From Candidatus Phoenicimicrobium oleiphilum (GTDB lineage: Bacteria; Atribacterota; Phoenicimicrobiia; Phoenicimicrobiales; Phoenicimicrobiaceae), in the NCBI GenBank assembly GCA_039638295.1, contig JBDIWJ010000015.1, positions 1 to 31,168 of the forward strand: a DNA stretch of 31,168 bases, given 5' to 3'. A model generated the notes under the pieces. It was not told the DNA's origin. It was given only the letters and a program-made list of their open reading frames with translations, and did not search any database. The translations under genes were made by a program, and so were the position numbers. Shown in pieces: positions 22,062 through 31,168 of the stretch; the stretch's first letter is position 1; each line of letters begins with the position of its first letter.

Positions 22062-22733
22062 ATGAAAAAAGGATTATTTATAACCTTTGAAGGACTTGAG
22101 GGTTGCGGTAAAACTACTCAAGCAAAAATGCTTTACAATTATTTAAACAAAAAAGGAATTCCCTCTGTTTTTACTAAAGAACCAGGTGGGACAAAGATAG
22201 GACAAAAGATTCGTAAAATCCTTCTCGACCAGAAAAATGAGGGTATGGCTTATAAAACAGAAATGTTATTATTTTTAGCATCTCGAGCTGAAAATGTTAG
22301 ATTAGTGATATTGCCTGCCTTAGAAGAAGGAAAAATAGTGATATCAGATCGCTTTTGCGATTCAACCACTGCTTACCAGGGTTATGGGAGAGGTATAGAT
22401 CTTAAAATTATTGAGCATCTTAATAATTTAGTTATCGGAAAAGTTATCCCAGATATAACTTTTTTTTTGGATATTGAACCACAAGAGGGATTAAAAAGGT
22501 CAACTACCTTTAGCAATTCTCGAGAAATACGATTTGAAGAGGAATTTATTAATAAAAAAATTATAGATGGTAAATTATTTTTAGAAAGAGTTAGAGATGG
22601 ATATTATCAGTTATTACGAGAAGAAAAAAGAAGAATTAAGATAATTAATGCTAATAGAAGCAAAGAAGAAATATTTGAAGAAATAGTAAAAATTGTAAAC
22701 AAAAAATTAACCATATCTCGTAAATTAAAGTAG
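22062..22733 (+). CDS. tmk: Thymidylate kinase
   Basis: FITFEGLEGCGKTTQ, KEPGGT, SDRF..ST.AYQGYGRG. Confidence 0.97.
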   Translation: MKKGLFITFEGLEGCGKTTQAKMLYNYLNKKGIPSVFTKEPGGTKIGQKIRKILLDQKNEGMAYKTEMLLFLASRAENVRLVILPALEEGKIVISDRFCDSTTAYQGYGRGIDLKIIEHLNNLVIGKVIPDITFFLDIEPQEGLKRSTTFSNSREIRFEEEFINKKIIDGKLFLERVRDGYYQLLREEKRRIKIINANRSKEEIFEEIVKIVNKKLTISRKLK

Positions 22734-22976
22734 GAGCTAGGAGCCAGAATCCAGAAGCCAGAATAAAATCGTATCGCGTATTGAGTATCGTGTAGAACAG
22801 AATAACAAAAATAAAAAAGTTTACAGAAATCAGGAAACAGAATACAGTATTTGGAATTATCTTAAATTATAAGGCTATATTTTGTATTAAGTTATTTTAT
22901 ATTCTTCTGACTTCTGACTACTGGCTCCTGAATTCTTAAATAATAATTATATTTTTTCGCTTTAATTTTTTAGTTT
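22731..22976. repeat. Inverted CAGAAGC/TTCTGAC 7-mer array pair with nested 7-mer arrays
   Basis: TAGGAGC TAGGAGC CAGAATC CAGAAGC CAGAATA versus TTCTGAC TTCTGAC TACTGGC TCCTGAA at about 22904-22933. Confidence 0.87.
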
Positions 22977-23010
22977 AAATGAAATCGGGAACAAAAATAA
23001 AGGAGTTGTT

Positions 23011-24018
23011 ATGTCCTTTAAAAATATTATCGGTCAAGAAAAAGCTATAAATATATTATTAAAATCTCTAAAAGAGGAAAAAATATTTCCATCATATATA
23101 TTTATGGGAGACGATGGGGTAGGTAAGAAATCTACTGCTGTAGAATTTGCTAAAGCTATAAATTGTTTAAATTTAAGTAGCGATTTTGAAGTATGTGAAA
23201 GTTGTAGTTCGTGTAATAAAATTAATAAACTGTGCTCTCCAGATCTAAAAATTATCGAACCAATTAAAGGGTCAATAAGAATTGAACAAATAAGAGAATT
23301 ACGACGTGAAGTTAATTTAAAACCTTTTGAAAATAGGAAAAAAATATATATTATTGACCAGGCAGAGGAAATGACTCTTGAAGCCTCAAATTGTCTATTA
23401 AAAACTATTGAAGAACCTCCCGATTATGCAATAATAATTTTAATTTGTACTAACCTTGATTCTATTTTGCCTACAATAGTTTCCCGGTGTCAATTAATAA
23501 AATTTAGGTTAATAGATTATTTGAAAATTATGGAGACAGTTTTATTAAATAAAATAAATTTAGAAAAAGGTAAAGCAGAATTGATTTCTAAATTGGCTCA
23601 GGGGAGTATAGGTAAGGCCTTAAAATTGGTATCAGATAAAGAATATTTTAATAGAAGAGAAAAAATACTCAATTACCTGACTTTAATTTTACCTGGAAAA
23701 TACAATAGTAATTTAATTACAAATATGGAAAAAATATTAACAGATATGAATAAGACAGAAGAAACATTAGATATAATATTATTTTGGTACCGTGATATCT
23801 TATTAGTTAAAGAATTGAGAATTCAAAAATATATTTTAAATGTAGATAAGCTAAAGATTATTAAAGAAAAATCAAAAGTATATTCCCGGGAAATGTTAAT
23901 TGATATCTTGGATTATATCGAACAAATTCAGGAATTTATGAAAAAAAATATAAATAAACGTCTTATTTTGGAAAGATTATATTTAAAGATGGTAGGTGTA
24001 GAATATTGCCTAAAGTAA
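23011..24018 (+). CDS. holB: DNA polymerase III subunit delta-prime
   Basis: IIGQ, GDDGVGK, Zn module CESCSSC, ASNCLLKTIEEPP, ILPTIVSRCQ; lies between tmk and yaaT. Confidence 0.93.
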   Translation: MSFKNIIGQEKAINILLKSLKEEKIFPSYIFMGDDGVGKKSTAVEFAKAINCLNLSSDFEVCESCSSCNKINKLCSPDLKIIEPIKGSIRIEQIRELRREVNLKPFENRKKIYIIDQAEEMTLEASNCLLKTIEEPPDYAIIILICTNLDSILPTIVSRCQLIKFRLIDYLKIMETVLLNKINLEKGKAELISKLAQGSIGKALKLVSDKEYFNRREKILNYLTLILPGKYNSNLITNMEKILTDMNKTEETLDIILFWYRDILLVKELRIQKYILNVDKLKIIKEKSKVYSREMLIDILDYIEQIQEFMKKNINKRLILERLYLKMVGVEYCLK

Positions 24019-24854
24019 CAGGATTAAAATTTCCGAAAACAAATTTTATCTATTATTTTAGAATTAATAATAAAACAAAATTGAAGAGAGGAGATTTTTG
24101 TTTAGTAAACACTTCAATAGGATTAGATTTGGGTAAAGTAGCGATTCCTTATAGGTACATAAAAAATGGCGAGTTAGAAACACCACTTAAATGTATACTT
24201 AGAAAAGCCAACAGGAAAGATTTAAAAAAATGGGAGTTAATAAAACAAGAAGAAATAAAAGCACTAAATCTCTGCAAAGAAAAAATTAATAAATATAATT
24301 TACCAATGAAATTAGTATATGCTAAATATTTATTCGACAAAAGCCGTATAATATTTTATTTCATTTCTTCCCAACGAGTAGATTTTAGAGAATTAGTCAA
24401 AGATTTGGTGAAAACATTTAAAACCAAAGTCGAGTTAAGACAGATCGGGGTAAGAGATGGAACAAAAATGATTGGTGGGCTAGGGATATGTGGGCGAGAA
24501 GTGTGTTGTGCATCTTTCATTCAAAAATTTAATCCTATTCATATAAATATGGCAAAAGTGCAAAAGATTGCCCTTAACCAATCTAAAGTATCGGGTATTT
24601 GCGGGAGATTAATGTGTTGTTTATCTTATGAGTCTGAGTTCTATGAAGAGTCTCTTAAAAAATATCCTGAAGTAGGAGAAGATATAGAAATTGAAAAAGC
24701 CATAGGGAAGGTAGTAGAAATAAATATTTTAAAAAAATATATTATTGTAGAATTAGAAGAAAGTGGACTGAAAAAAAGAATAAAAATTTCTGAAGAAGAA
24801 TTAGAAGAAATTAGAAGAAAAAACAAAAGTGCAAAAAATAATGGTAATAGGTGA
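24006..24854 (+). CDS. yaaT: PSP1 domain protein (YaaT/RicT family)
   Basis: RVDFRELVKDL, ELRQIGVRD, GICGREVCC, SGICGRLMCCLSYE. Confidence 0.93.
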   Translation: MPKVTGLKFPKTNFIYYFRINNKTKLKRGDFCLVNTSIGLDLGKVAIPYRYIKNGELETPLKCILRKANRKDLKKWELIKQEEIKALNLCKEKINKYNLPMKLVYAKYLFDKSRIIFYFISSQRVDFRELVKDLVKTFKTKVELRQIGVRDGTKMIGGLGICGREVCCASFIQKFNPIHINMAKVQKIALNQSKVSGICGRLMCCLSYESEFYEESLKKYPEVGEDIEIEKAIGKVVEINILKKYIIVELEESGLKKRIKISEEELEEIRRKNKSAKNNGNR

Positions 24855-24901
24855 AGGTGGAATAGCTATCTATACTAATAGTTATTCACTATCAAATAAA
24901 T

Positions 24902-24965
24902 TAACTGGATAACTGGCAAACAGGGTAACTATTATATATGCAAAACGCGATACGAGATACAAGAT
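24902..24965. repeat. Right-arm-type 8-mer and 7-mer arrays running up to the start codon
   Basis: TAACTGGA TAACTGGC AAACAGGG TAACT; ACGCGAT ACGAGAT ACAAGAT then ATG. Confidence 0.75.
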
Positions 24966-25655
24966 ATGATTAAACTTAATAGCAACGAAAGAATAGAAGA
25001 TTTGGAATATAAAGGATTAAAGATTATTCAGTCAAGGGATTCTTACCGTTTTTCGGTAGATTCTATTTTATTAGCAAATTTTATTAGAGTTAAAAACTAT
25101 GAAAAAGTTATAGACTTGGGAACAGGTAGTGGAATAATTCCCCTTCTATTATATGACAGAAAAAAGGGTTTATCTATTTATGGTATTGAGATCCAAGAAC
25201 AATTAGCAAATATGGCAAAAAGAAGCGTAGAATTAAATAAACTACAAAACCATATAACTATAATTCAAGAAGACTTAAAAAATATAAAAAAGATTTTTAG
25301 AAATAGTCAATTTGATGTAGTAATAAGTAATCCTCCCTATATTTCACTGGGAGATGGGAAGATAAGTCCTTTAAGTAGTAAAGCTATTGCTCGCCATGAG
25401 ATTAAATGCGATATAGAGGATATAATTTCTACAAGTAATTATTTACTAAAAAATAAAGGAAGGATTTATTTAATATATAAAAGTATTAAATTAATAAAGG
25501 TAATTGTTACTCTTAAAAAATATGACATCCAACCAAAATCTATTAAGTTCATCCATTCTTGTCCAGATGAACAGGCCAATTTAGTTTTATTAGAAGGAAT
25601 GAAGGGTGGGAAAGAAGAATTAAAAATAGAACCTCCTCTATTTCTCAAAAAATAA
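24966..25655 (+). CDS. YabB-like tRNA1(Val) A37-N6 methyltransferase family protein
   Basis: [31 protein letters not shown]; lies between yaaT and rsmI. Confidence 0.88.
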   Translation: MIKLNSNERIEDLEYKGLKIIQSRDSYRFSVDSILLANFIRVKNYEKVIDLGTGSGIIPLLLYDRKKGLSIYGIEIQEQLANMAKRSVELNKLQNHITIIQEDLKNIKKIFRNSQFDVVISNPPYISLGDGKISPLSSKAIARHEIKCDIEDIISTSNYLLKNKGRIYLIYKSIKLIKVIVTLKKYDIQPKSIKFIHSCPDEQANLVLLEGMKGGKEELKIEPPLFLKK

Positions 25656-25684
25656 TAGAAAAAATTGGAGATAATAAAAATATA

Positions 25685-26557
25685 GTGAAGAAGAATAATC
25701 AATTGGAAAGAACTTTATATATTTGCGGAACACCTATCGGGAATTTAGAAGACATCACTTTAAGAGCTTTAAATATCTTAAAAAAAGTAGAATTAATTGC
25801 CGCAGAGGATACAAGACATACCCAAAAATTATTAAGACATTACCGGATAAATACGCCAATTACCAGTTATTATGAGCATAACAAATTTAAAAAAGCTCCC
25901 TATTTAATAGAAAAAATAAGAAACGGTCAAAAAATTGCTTTAGTTTCTGATGCAGGTATGCCTGGGATTTCTGACCCAGGATATTTTTTAATAAACTTAG
26001 CTTTGAAGAATGATATAAAAATAGTACCTATACCTGGCGTTTCTGCCTTGATAACAGCTTTAGTAGTTTCTGGATTACCTTCAGATCGTTTTATTTTTGA
26101 AGGCTTTTTACCTCGCAAATGTACAGAAAGGAAGAAATATTTTCGTAAAATAGAAAATGAAAATAGGACTCTTATTTTTTACGAAGCTCCTCACAGACTT
26201 AAAAGAACCCTTAAAGATATGTTAGAGGTATGGGGAGATAGAAAAATTGTTGTAGCTCGGGAACTAACCAAGAAGTATGAAGAGGTACTAAGAGGCGAAA
26301 TAAGCCAAATTCTAAAAGAGCTGGAAAATAGAAAAGTAAAGGGAGAAATTACCTTAGTAGTAGAGGGCAATACCAGAGAGAAAGAAAATGAGGAAAGTAG
26401 TTTAATAAAAAGAGACAAAAAAATAGAAGAGTTTTTAAAAGAATTAATATTACAAGAATATTCTAATAGGGAAATAATAAAAATAGCACAAGAAAAACTA
26501 AATATACCAAAAAATGTTATATATAAAAAATTATTGGAAATAAAAGATAGTGGATAG
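25685..26557 (+). CDS. rsmI: 16S rRNA C1402 2'-O-methyltransferase
   Basis: TPIGNLEDIT.RAL, AEDTRHT, VSDAGMPGISDPG, FYEAPHR, ARELTK. Confidence 0.97.
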   Translation: MKKNNQLERTLYICGTPIGNLEDITLRALNILKKVELIAAEDTRHTQKLLRHYRINTPITSYYEHNKFKKAPYLIEKIRNGQKIALVSDAGMPGISDPGYFLINLALKNDIKIVPIPGVSALITALVVSGLPSDRFIFEGFLPRKCTERKKYFRKIENENRTLIFYEAPHRLKRTLKDMLEVWGDRKIVVARELTKKYEEVLRGEISQILKELENRKVKGEITLVVEGNTREKENEESSLIKRDKKIEEFLKELILQEYSNREIIKIAQEKLNIPKNVIYKKLLEIKDSG

Positions 26558-26797
26558 CATTTAGCGTATAGCGTATAGCATATAGTAAGAAAAGAAGAAG
26601 TCAGATGTCAGAAACCAGAAGCCAAGTTTGTATCTCGTATCTCGTGAATCATATCTCGTAAATAAGATAGAAGACAGAATATTAAATAGAACGTATCGTG
26701 TATAATTAGTTAGCTAATGAATTAGCATTAAACCAGCTAATTAGCTAACTAAACAACCAACTAAACGATATAGCTTTTAGTTTTAAGTTTTTAATTT
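26547..26797. repeat. Composite spacer with several array families and an internal inverted repeat
   Basis: ATAGCGT-type units x6 (26547-26588); CAGATGT CAGAAAC CAGAAGC; TCGTATC TCGTGAA; TTAGTTAGCTAAT/ATTAGCTAACTAA (26706-26718/26740-26752); TTTTAAG-type units. Confidence 0.85.
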
Positions 26798-26824
26798 AGT
26801 AGTTTATACGAAATTGAAAGGTGG

Positions 26825-28759
26825 ATGATTATGAAAGAAAATAATTTATCTAAAAAAACATTTTATATTACTACTCCTATTTACTATGTAAATGATGTTC
26901 CTCATATTGGACATGCCTATACTACTATAGCCGCGGACGTTATTGCTCGATACAAGAGGCTATCCGATTATGATGTACTTTTTTCAACAGGTACAGATGA
27001 ACATGGCCAAAAGATTGCCCGTTCTGCAGAAAAAGTAAATTTAACTCCCTTGGAATTAGCAGATAAAGTGGTATTGCAATTTAAAAATCTTTGGCCCTTA
27101 CTAAACATACAGTATGATGATTTTATTCGTACAACTGAACCGAGACATGTTAAAGTGGTACAGAGAATATTTAATAAATTATACGAAAAAGGGGATATTT
27201 ATAAAGGTGAATATGAGGGTTGGTATTGTGTTCCCTGCGAAACATTCTGGACTGAAACTCAATTGACTGATAAAACTTGTCCTAGTTGTGGTAGGAAAAT
27301 AGAAAAGATAAAAGAAGAAAGTTATTTCTTTAAAATGTCCAAGTATCAAGAACAACTTTTATCTTACATTGAAGATAACCCTGAATGTATTCAGCCAGAA
27401 GTAAGAAAAAATGAAATTATAAGTTTCATTAAAAGTGGGCTCAAGGATCAAAGTGTTACTAGGACAAAGAAGAGTTTACAATGGGGGATAAATGTACCAT
27501 TTGATAATAACCATGTAATTTATGTATGGTATGATGCGTTGATTAATTATTTAACGGTTGCAGGGTATGATATAGATGAGGAAAAATTTAAAAAATATTG
27601 GCCTGCAGATATCCATTTAGTAGGTAAAGATATTTTAAGATTTCATACAATTATTTGGTTTACTATGTTAATGGCAGCTGGAATTAAGCCACCTAAGATG
27701 GTCTTTGCGCATGGCTGGTGGACTATAGAGGGAGAAAAAATGTCAAAATCTAAAGGGAATGTGGTAGATCCTTATGAAATGGTAAAAGAATTTGGAGCTG
27801 ATGTATTCAGATATTTTTTAATGAGAGAAGTTTCCTTTGGACAAGACGGTAATTTTTCTAAAGATTTATTAATTAAAAGAATAAATTATGACCTGGCTAA
27901 TGATTTAGGAAATTTGGTAAGCAGAACAATAGCAATGATTACTCAGTACTTTAATAAGGAAATTCCCCAGCCAGAAACAACAAGTAGAGAAACATACGAT
28001 ATAGAGTTAAAAAATTTTGCTTTAAAGACTATTAAAAAGTATTATACTCAAATGAATAATTTAGCTCTTAATACAGCCCTAGAGAGTATTTGGCAATTCA
28101 TAAGAAGAACTAATAAATATATTGACCAAACAGAACCCTGGATATTAGGTCGTGATAATTCACGAAAGGGAAGATTATCAACTATTCTTTATAATTTAGC
28201 TGAATCAATACGCCTATCCACTATTTTAATTTATCCTTTTATGCCAGTAAAAGCCCAAGAAATTTGGAGACAGTTAGGATTAGAAAGTGATTTAAGTAAA
28301 ATAAGATTGGAGAAAGAAGCTCATTGGGGAAATTTGCAGCCAGGTATTTTAGTTAAACCCGGAGAAGTTATTTTTCCTCGAATTGATACTAATAAAAAAG
28401 TAACCAAAGAAATAGAAGAAAAAGAAAAGGAAAAAGAAATTATATCTTATGAAGAGTTTAAGAAAATTGATTTAAGAGTGGGAAAAATTATTCAAGCTGA
28501 ACCAGTAAGTGGAACAGATAAGCTACTCAAATTGAAAATAAATTTAGGTAAAGAGGTAAGAACTATTGTAGCCGGGGTAAGAAAACATTATTCTGCAGAG
28601 GATATTTTAGGGAAGAAAATTGTAATAGTATATAATTTAAAACCTACAAAAATTAGAGGGATAGAGTCTCAAGGTATGCTTTTAGCTGCAGTTGATAACC
28701 ACGATGTAGTATTAATAACCGTAGACAAGGATATAACGGAAGGCAGCAAAGTGCAGTAA
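26825..28759 (+). CDS. metG: Methionine--tRNA ligase
   Basis: TTPIYYVN..PHIGH, GTDEHGQK, CVPC/CPSC knuckle, KMSKS, C-terminal tRNA-binding OB domain. Start could be 26831. Confidence 0.99.
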   Translation: MIMKENNLSKKTFYITTPIYYVNDVPHIGHAYTTIAADVIARYKRLSDYDVLFSTGTDEHGQKIARSAEKVNLTPLELADKVVLQFKNLWPLLNIQYDDFIRTTEPRHVKVVQRIFNKLYEKGDIYKGEYEGWYCVPCETFWTETQLTDKTCPSCGRKIEKIKEESYFFKMSKYQEQLLSYIEDNPECIQPEVRKNEIISFIKSGLKDQSVTRTKKSLQWGINVPFDNNHVIYVWYDALINYLTVAGYDIDEEKFKKYWPADIHLVGKDILRFHTIIWFTMLMAAGIKPPKMVFAHGWWTIEGEKMSKSKGNVVDPYEMVKEFGADVFRYFLMREVSFGQDGNFSKDLLIKRINYDLANDLGNLVSRTIAMITQYFNKEIPQPETTSRETYDIELKNFALKTIKKYYTQMNNLALNTALESIWQFIRRTNKYIDQTEPWILGRDNSRKGRLSTILYNLAESIRLSTILIYPFMPVKAQEIWRQLGLESDLSKIRLEKEAHWGNLQPGILVKPGEVIFPRIDTNKKVTKEIEEKEKEKEIISYEEFKKIDLRVGKIIQAEPVSGTDKLLKLKINLGKEVRTIVAGVRKHYSAEDILGKKIVIVYNLKPTKIRGIESQGMLLAAVDNHDVVLITVDKDITEGSKVQ

Positions 28760-28821
28760 ACGATGAAAGATTGTTTCTTTAGAGAATAAGGTGTAGATTG
28801 AAAATTTAAGGAGGGATATTT

Positions 28822-29676
28822 ATGTCTAATGAAAAAACTAAAGGAGAAAAATATAATATATCAAATTCATTTAGAGAAAATATTAACAGAAATCTGGGAT
28901 TGATATTCATAATTTTTATGTTTACTATTGTTGTCTTATTTATTACCTTACAAATAAGGGTTAATGACTTAAATATACAAACAGAAAAACAGATTGAGAA
29001 TATTAACCAAAACAATGAAAAAATAATTAGTAAAATAGAAGATCTATATAAAGAAATAAAACAATATAGCCAGGTAAAAATAGATAGAGAACAATTTACT
29101 GAAATTTATATGCAATTACAAGAATTAACCGGGATGATTTCTAACGAAGTAAAAAGAGAATTTTATATAACCAAAATTGTAGGAATCATTTCCCAGAGCA
29201 ATAAAACATTGCAGAGTAAAGAAATATATGAAATTGCTAAAACTATATACGAAGAATCTATAAAATATAATTTCAATCCTTTGTTAGTGACTGCTATAAT
29301 AAAAATCGAAAGTAATTTCGATCCTAAAGCAATTTCTGATTCTTACGCTTATGGATTGTGTCAGGTAAGAAGATTTATAGCTCCAGAATTAGCAGATAAG
29401 ATTGGTGTTGAATGGGATGGGGCGGAAAAAACCTTGTTTGATCCTATAAAAAATATTAAAATTGGAGTTTATTATTTATCTATGTTAAATAGGGACTTTG
29501 ATAATATTAAGACTGCTATTATTGCCTACAATCAAGGTCCTTATAGCGTACAGGAAAATCTTGCTAAAAATAATGAATTAAATCAAAGTTATGCAAATAA
29601 GGTGTTAGATTACTATGCTAGTTTAAGAGGATTTAGTATGGAAGAAATACAAAATGAAATAAAGTCTACTGACTAA
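28822..29676 (+). CDS. Membrane-anchored lytic transglycosylase (SLT domain) with coiled-coil stalk
   Basis: Hydrophobic segment LGLIFIIFMFTIVVLFITL; SLT motifs IIKIESNFDP, AYGLCQV, AYNQGP; GGAGG RBS. Confidence 0.88.
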   Translation: MSNEKTKGEKYNISNSFRENINRNLGLIFIIFMFTIVVLFITLQIRVNDLNIQTEKQIENINQNNEKIISKIEDLYKEIKQYSQVKIDREQFTEIYMQLQELTGMISNEVKREFYITKIVGIISQSNKTLQSKEIYEIAKTIYEESIKYNFNPLLVTAIIKIESNFDPKAISDSYAYGLCQVRRFIAPELADKIGVEWDGAEKTLFDPIKNIKIGVYYLSMLNRDFDNIKTAIIAYNQGPYSVQENLAKNNELNQSYANKVLDYYASLRGFSMEEIQNEIKSTD

Positions 29677-29692
29677 TAATCAATCTAATTAA

Positions 29693-29946
29693 ATTAGTCG
29701 TTAGTGAATAGTGAATACTCATTAGTATTAAATAAAGGTTTATAGTTTTCAGTTAATAATTTTAAGATGAAAATTAATTTAAATATCCAGTTACTCAATC
29801 AATTTAGTTAACTAATTTGATTTTATTTCCTTAACTAAATAACTATGCAATCGGTAACCAGTTAACTAATACTTAACGAGATACGAAATTAGCTTCTGAC
29901 TTCTATTTTCTTAACACGATACTCGATACGTAATACGAAATACTAA
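29693..29946. repeat. Composite spacer of 7/8-mer arrays
   Basis: TAGTCGT TAGTGAA TAGTGAA on the left; TAACTAAA TAACTATG, ACGAGATACGAAAT, TTCTGAC TTCT, and ACACGAT ACTCGAT ACGTAAT ACGAAAT on the right. Confidence 0.82.
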
Positions 29947-29954
29947 ATTTCTTA

Positions 29955-29983
29955 TTGTAAAGAGCATAAAGAAGTGATATAAT
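29955..29983 (+). promoter_or_regulatory. Putative sigma70-type promoter for the riboswitch-ribU transcript
   Basis: TTGTAA-17nt-TATAAT with TG extended -10, just upstream of the riboswitch. Confidence 0.65.
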
Positions 29984-30010
29984 TACTAAAAAATAGAATA
30001 TTAGAAATTA

Positions 30011-30203
30011 TACTTTTTCGGGGCAGGGTGAGGTTAAATTTAAGTTAACCAATTCCCGATCGGTGGTAAATTCTTTAGTTGTTTTAACAACTATGGAATG
30101 AGCCCACGAGTCAATTACTTATAACAGAAATACACCTATGAATTTATGACAGATCTGGTGGAAAGCCAGAGCCGACAGTAAAGTCTGGAAGGAAGAAAAA
30201 GTA
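30011..30203 (+). ncRNA. FMN riboswitch (RFN element)
   Basis: TTCGGGGCAGGGTGA..ATTCCCGATCGGTGGTA..AGCCCACGA..CAGATCTGGTG..CCAGAGCCGACAGTAAAGTCTGGA..GAAAAAGTA; P1 TACTTTTTC/GAAAAAGTA; sits upstream of an ECF S component. Confidence 0.96.
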
Positions 30204-30218
30204 ATTTGTTTTAGAAAG

Positions 30219-30263
30219 AAATATCCCCGAAAAGTAAAAAATCTTCGGGGATATTTTATTTTT
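30219..30263 (+). terminator. Riboswitch expression-platform terminator
   Basis: AAATATCCCCGAA/TTCGGGGATATTT followed by a T-rich tail. The 5' arm CCCCGAAAAGTA is complementary to the aptamer 5' end, giving an antiterminator. Confidence 0.88.
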
Positions 30264-30351
30264 AAGAAATATTTTTAAAGTAAAAAGTGAATAAAATTTT
30301 TATTCAAGTAAAAAATGAAAAATTCAAGTAAAAATTAAAAGGAGAATCGTT

Positions 30352-30882
30352 ATGAAAAGTACAAAGATCACCAGTATTTCCATATTAGTAGCTTTATCTA
30401 TAGTAGCCGGATATTTTATTCATTTTCCAATTTTACCTCAAGCTCCCTTTTTGCTATATGACCCAGGGAGTGTATTTCTTCTAATTGGTTCTTTCAAATT
30501 AGGACCCAAAACTGGCATACTAATGTGCTTTATTACTGCAATACTCTTTGCTCTTATTACCGGGCAAGGAGGACCTTATGGTGCTTTGATGAATTTCTTG
30601 GCAACTGGTACCCTGGTATTTATTTCTTCTCAAATTTATTTCTTATATCACACTAAGAAGGGAGCTATTTTTGGTATGTTCCTGGGAACCCTAACAATGA
30701 CTTTGATAATGATTCCAGCTAATCTGATAATAACCCCACTATATCTAGGTGTTCAAAGAGAAATTGTAGTTAAAATGTTAATTCCTGCCATTATTCCTTT
30801 TAATCTTTTAAAGGGAATTATTAGTGGGTTTTTAACTTTCATTTTGTATAAAAGACTATATCCTTTAATAATTAGTAAGTAA
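30352..30882 (+). CDS. ribU: ECF transporter S component, riboflavin-specific
   Basis: Hydrophobic protein; FPILPQAPFLLYDP, ANLIITPLYLG, IIPFNLLKG; controlled by an FMN riboswitch. Confidence 0.9.
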   Translation: MKSTKITSISILVALSIVAGYFIHFPILPQAPFLLYDPGSVFLLIGSFKLGPKTGILMCFITAILFALITGQGGPYGALMNFLATGTLVFISSQIYFLYHTKKGAIFGMFLGTLTMTLIMIPANLIITPLYLGVQREIVVKMLIPAIIPFNLLKGIISGFLTFILYKRLYPLIISK

Positions 30883-30899
30883 ATTGTGTTATTTATTTT

Positions 30900-30928
30900 T
30901 TGATAAATTAACAAAATAATTATATAAT
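30900..30928 (+). promoter_or_regulatory. Putative sigma70-type promoter
   Basis: TTGATA-17nt-TATAAT. Confidence 0.55.
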
Positions 30929-30954
30929 GATTGTAACCCAAAAAGTAAGCAAAT

Positions 30955-31050
30955 GGGCTCGATGAAGCGAGCCCCTACACGTTACATATTACGCATTACG
31001 CATTACTGTATCCTATACGCGATACGCAATACTTAATACGCGATACGAAA
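30955..31050. repeat. Single REP-like hairpin (CTAC end) plus right-arm 7-mer arrays
   Basis: GGGCTCGATGAAGCGAGCCCCTAC; ATTACGC ATTACGC; CTATACG CGATACG CAATACT TAATACG CGATACG directly before AAGGAGG. Confidence 0.82.
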
Positions 31051-31068
31051 GAAAGGAGGGAAATTTTT

Positions 31069-31168
31069 TTGAAAAATGTAGCAGTTTTGATGGCTGGTGG
31101 TCGTGGACAAAGATTTTGGCCTCATAGTCGTTTTGATACTCCTAAACAGCTGTTATCTATAACTGGTG
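31069..31168 (+). CDS. Mannose-1-phosphate guanylyltransferase, N-terminus (cut by the window end)
   Basis: TTG after AAGGAGG; translates MKNVAVLMAGGRGQRFWPHSRFDTPKQLLSITG. Not in the ORF track because it is partial. Confidence 0.85.
   Translation, partial: MKNVAVLMAGGRGQRFWPHSRFDTPKQLLSITG

Noticed and set aside
21865..22062. 65-aa ORF before tmk
   Set aside because: Translation of the repeat modules (EILDTRYDIL); no RBS.
24860..24887. Small hairpin after yaaT as a terminator
   Set aside because: Weak AT-rich stem without a U-tract.
26558..26824. T-box or SAM riboswitch upstream of metG
   Set aside because: No T-box consensus or S-box core found; the region is made of array modules.

Overview
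AT-rich bacterial chromosome segment with every credible gene on the + strand. The core-gene order is Firmicutes-like, but the lineage cannot be fixed from sequence alone. Gene order: uvrC, gamma-carbonic-anhydrase family, a 496-aa HARE-HTH/B3-like/Mrr-like protein, MBL hydrolase, pyrG, nucleotidyltransferase, rho, rpmE, tdk, thyX, DUF1385, prfA, prmC, ywlE-like phosphatase, rpiB, upp, dCMP deaminase, wecB, rhomboid, pfkB kinase, CBS protein, tmk, holB, yaaT, YabB-like methyltransferase, rsmI, metG, lytic transglycosylase, FMN riboswitch plus ribU, and the start of a mannose-1-P guanylyltransferase. Most genes are ordinary; the intergenic DNA is not. Nearly every spacer is built from nested modules: degenerate 7- or 8-nt tandem arrays just after the upstream stop codon, their reverse complements just before the next RBS or promoter, and GTAG- or TGTC-tagged REP-like palindrome pairs in between. 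A 22-nt mini-hairpin appears to have inserted cleanly, without target duplication, into other repeats at four sites. No transposase, integrase, CRISPR array, rRNA or tRNA is visible. All domain calls are from motif recognition by eye, not from searches.
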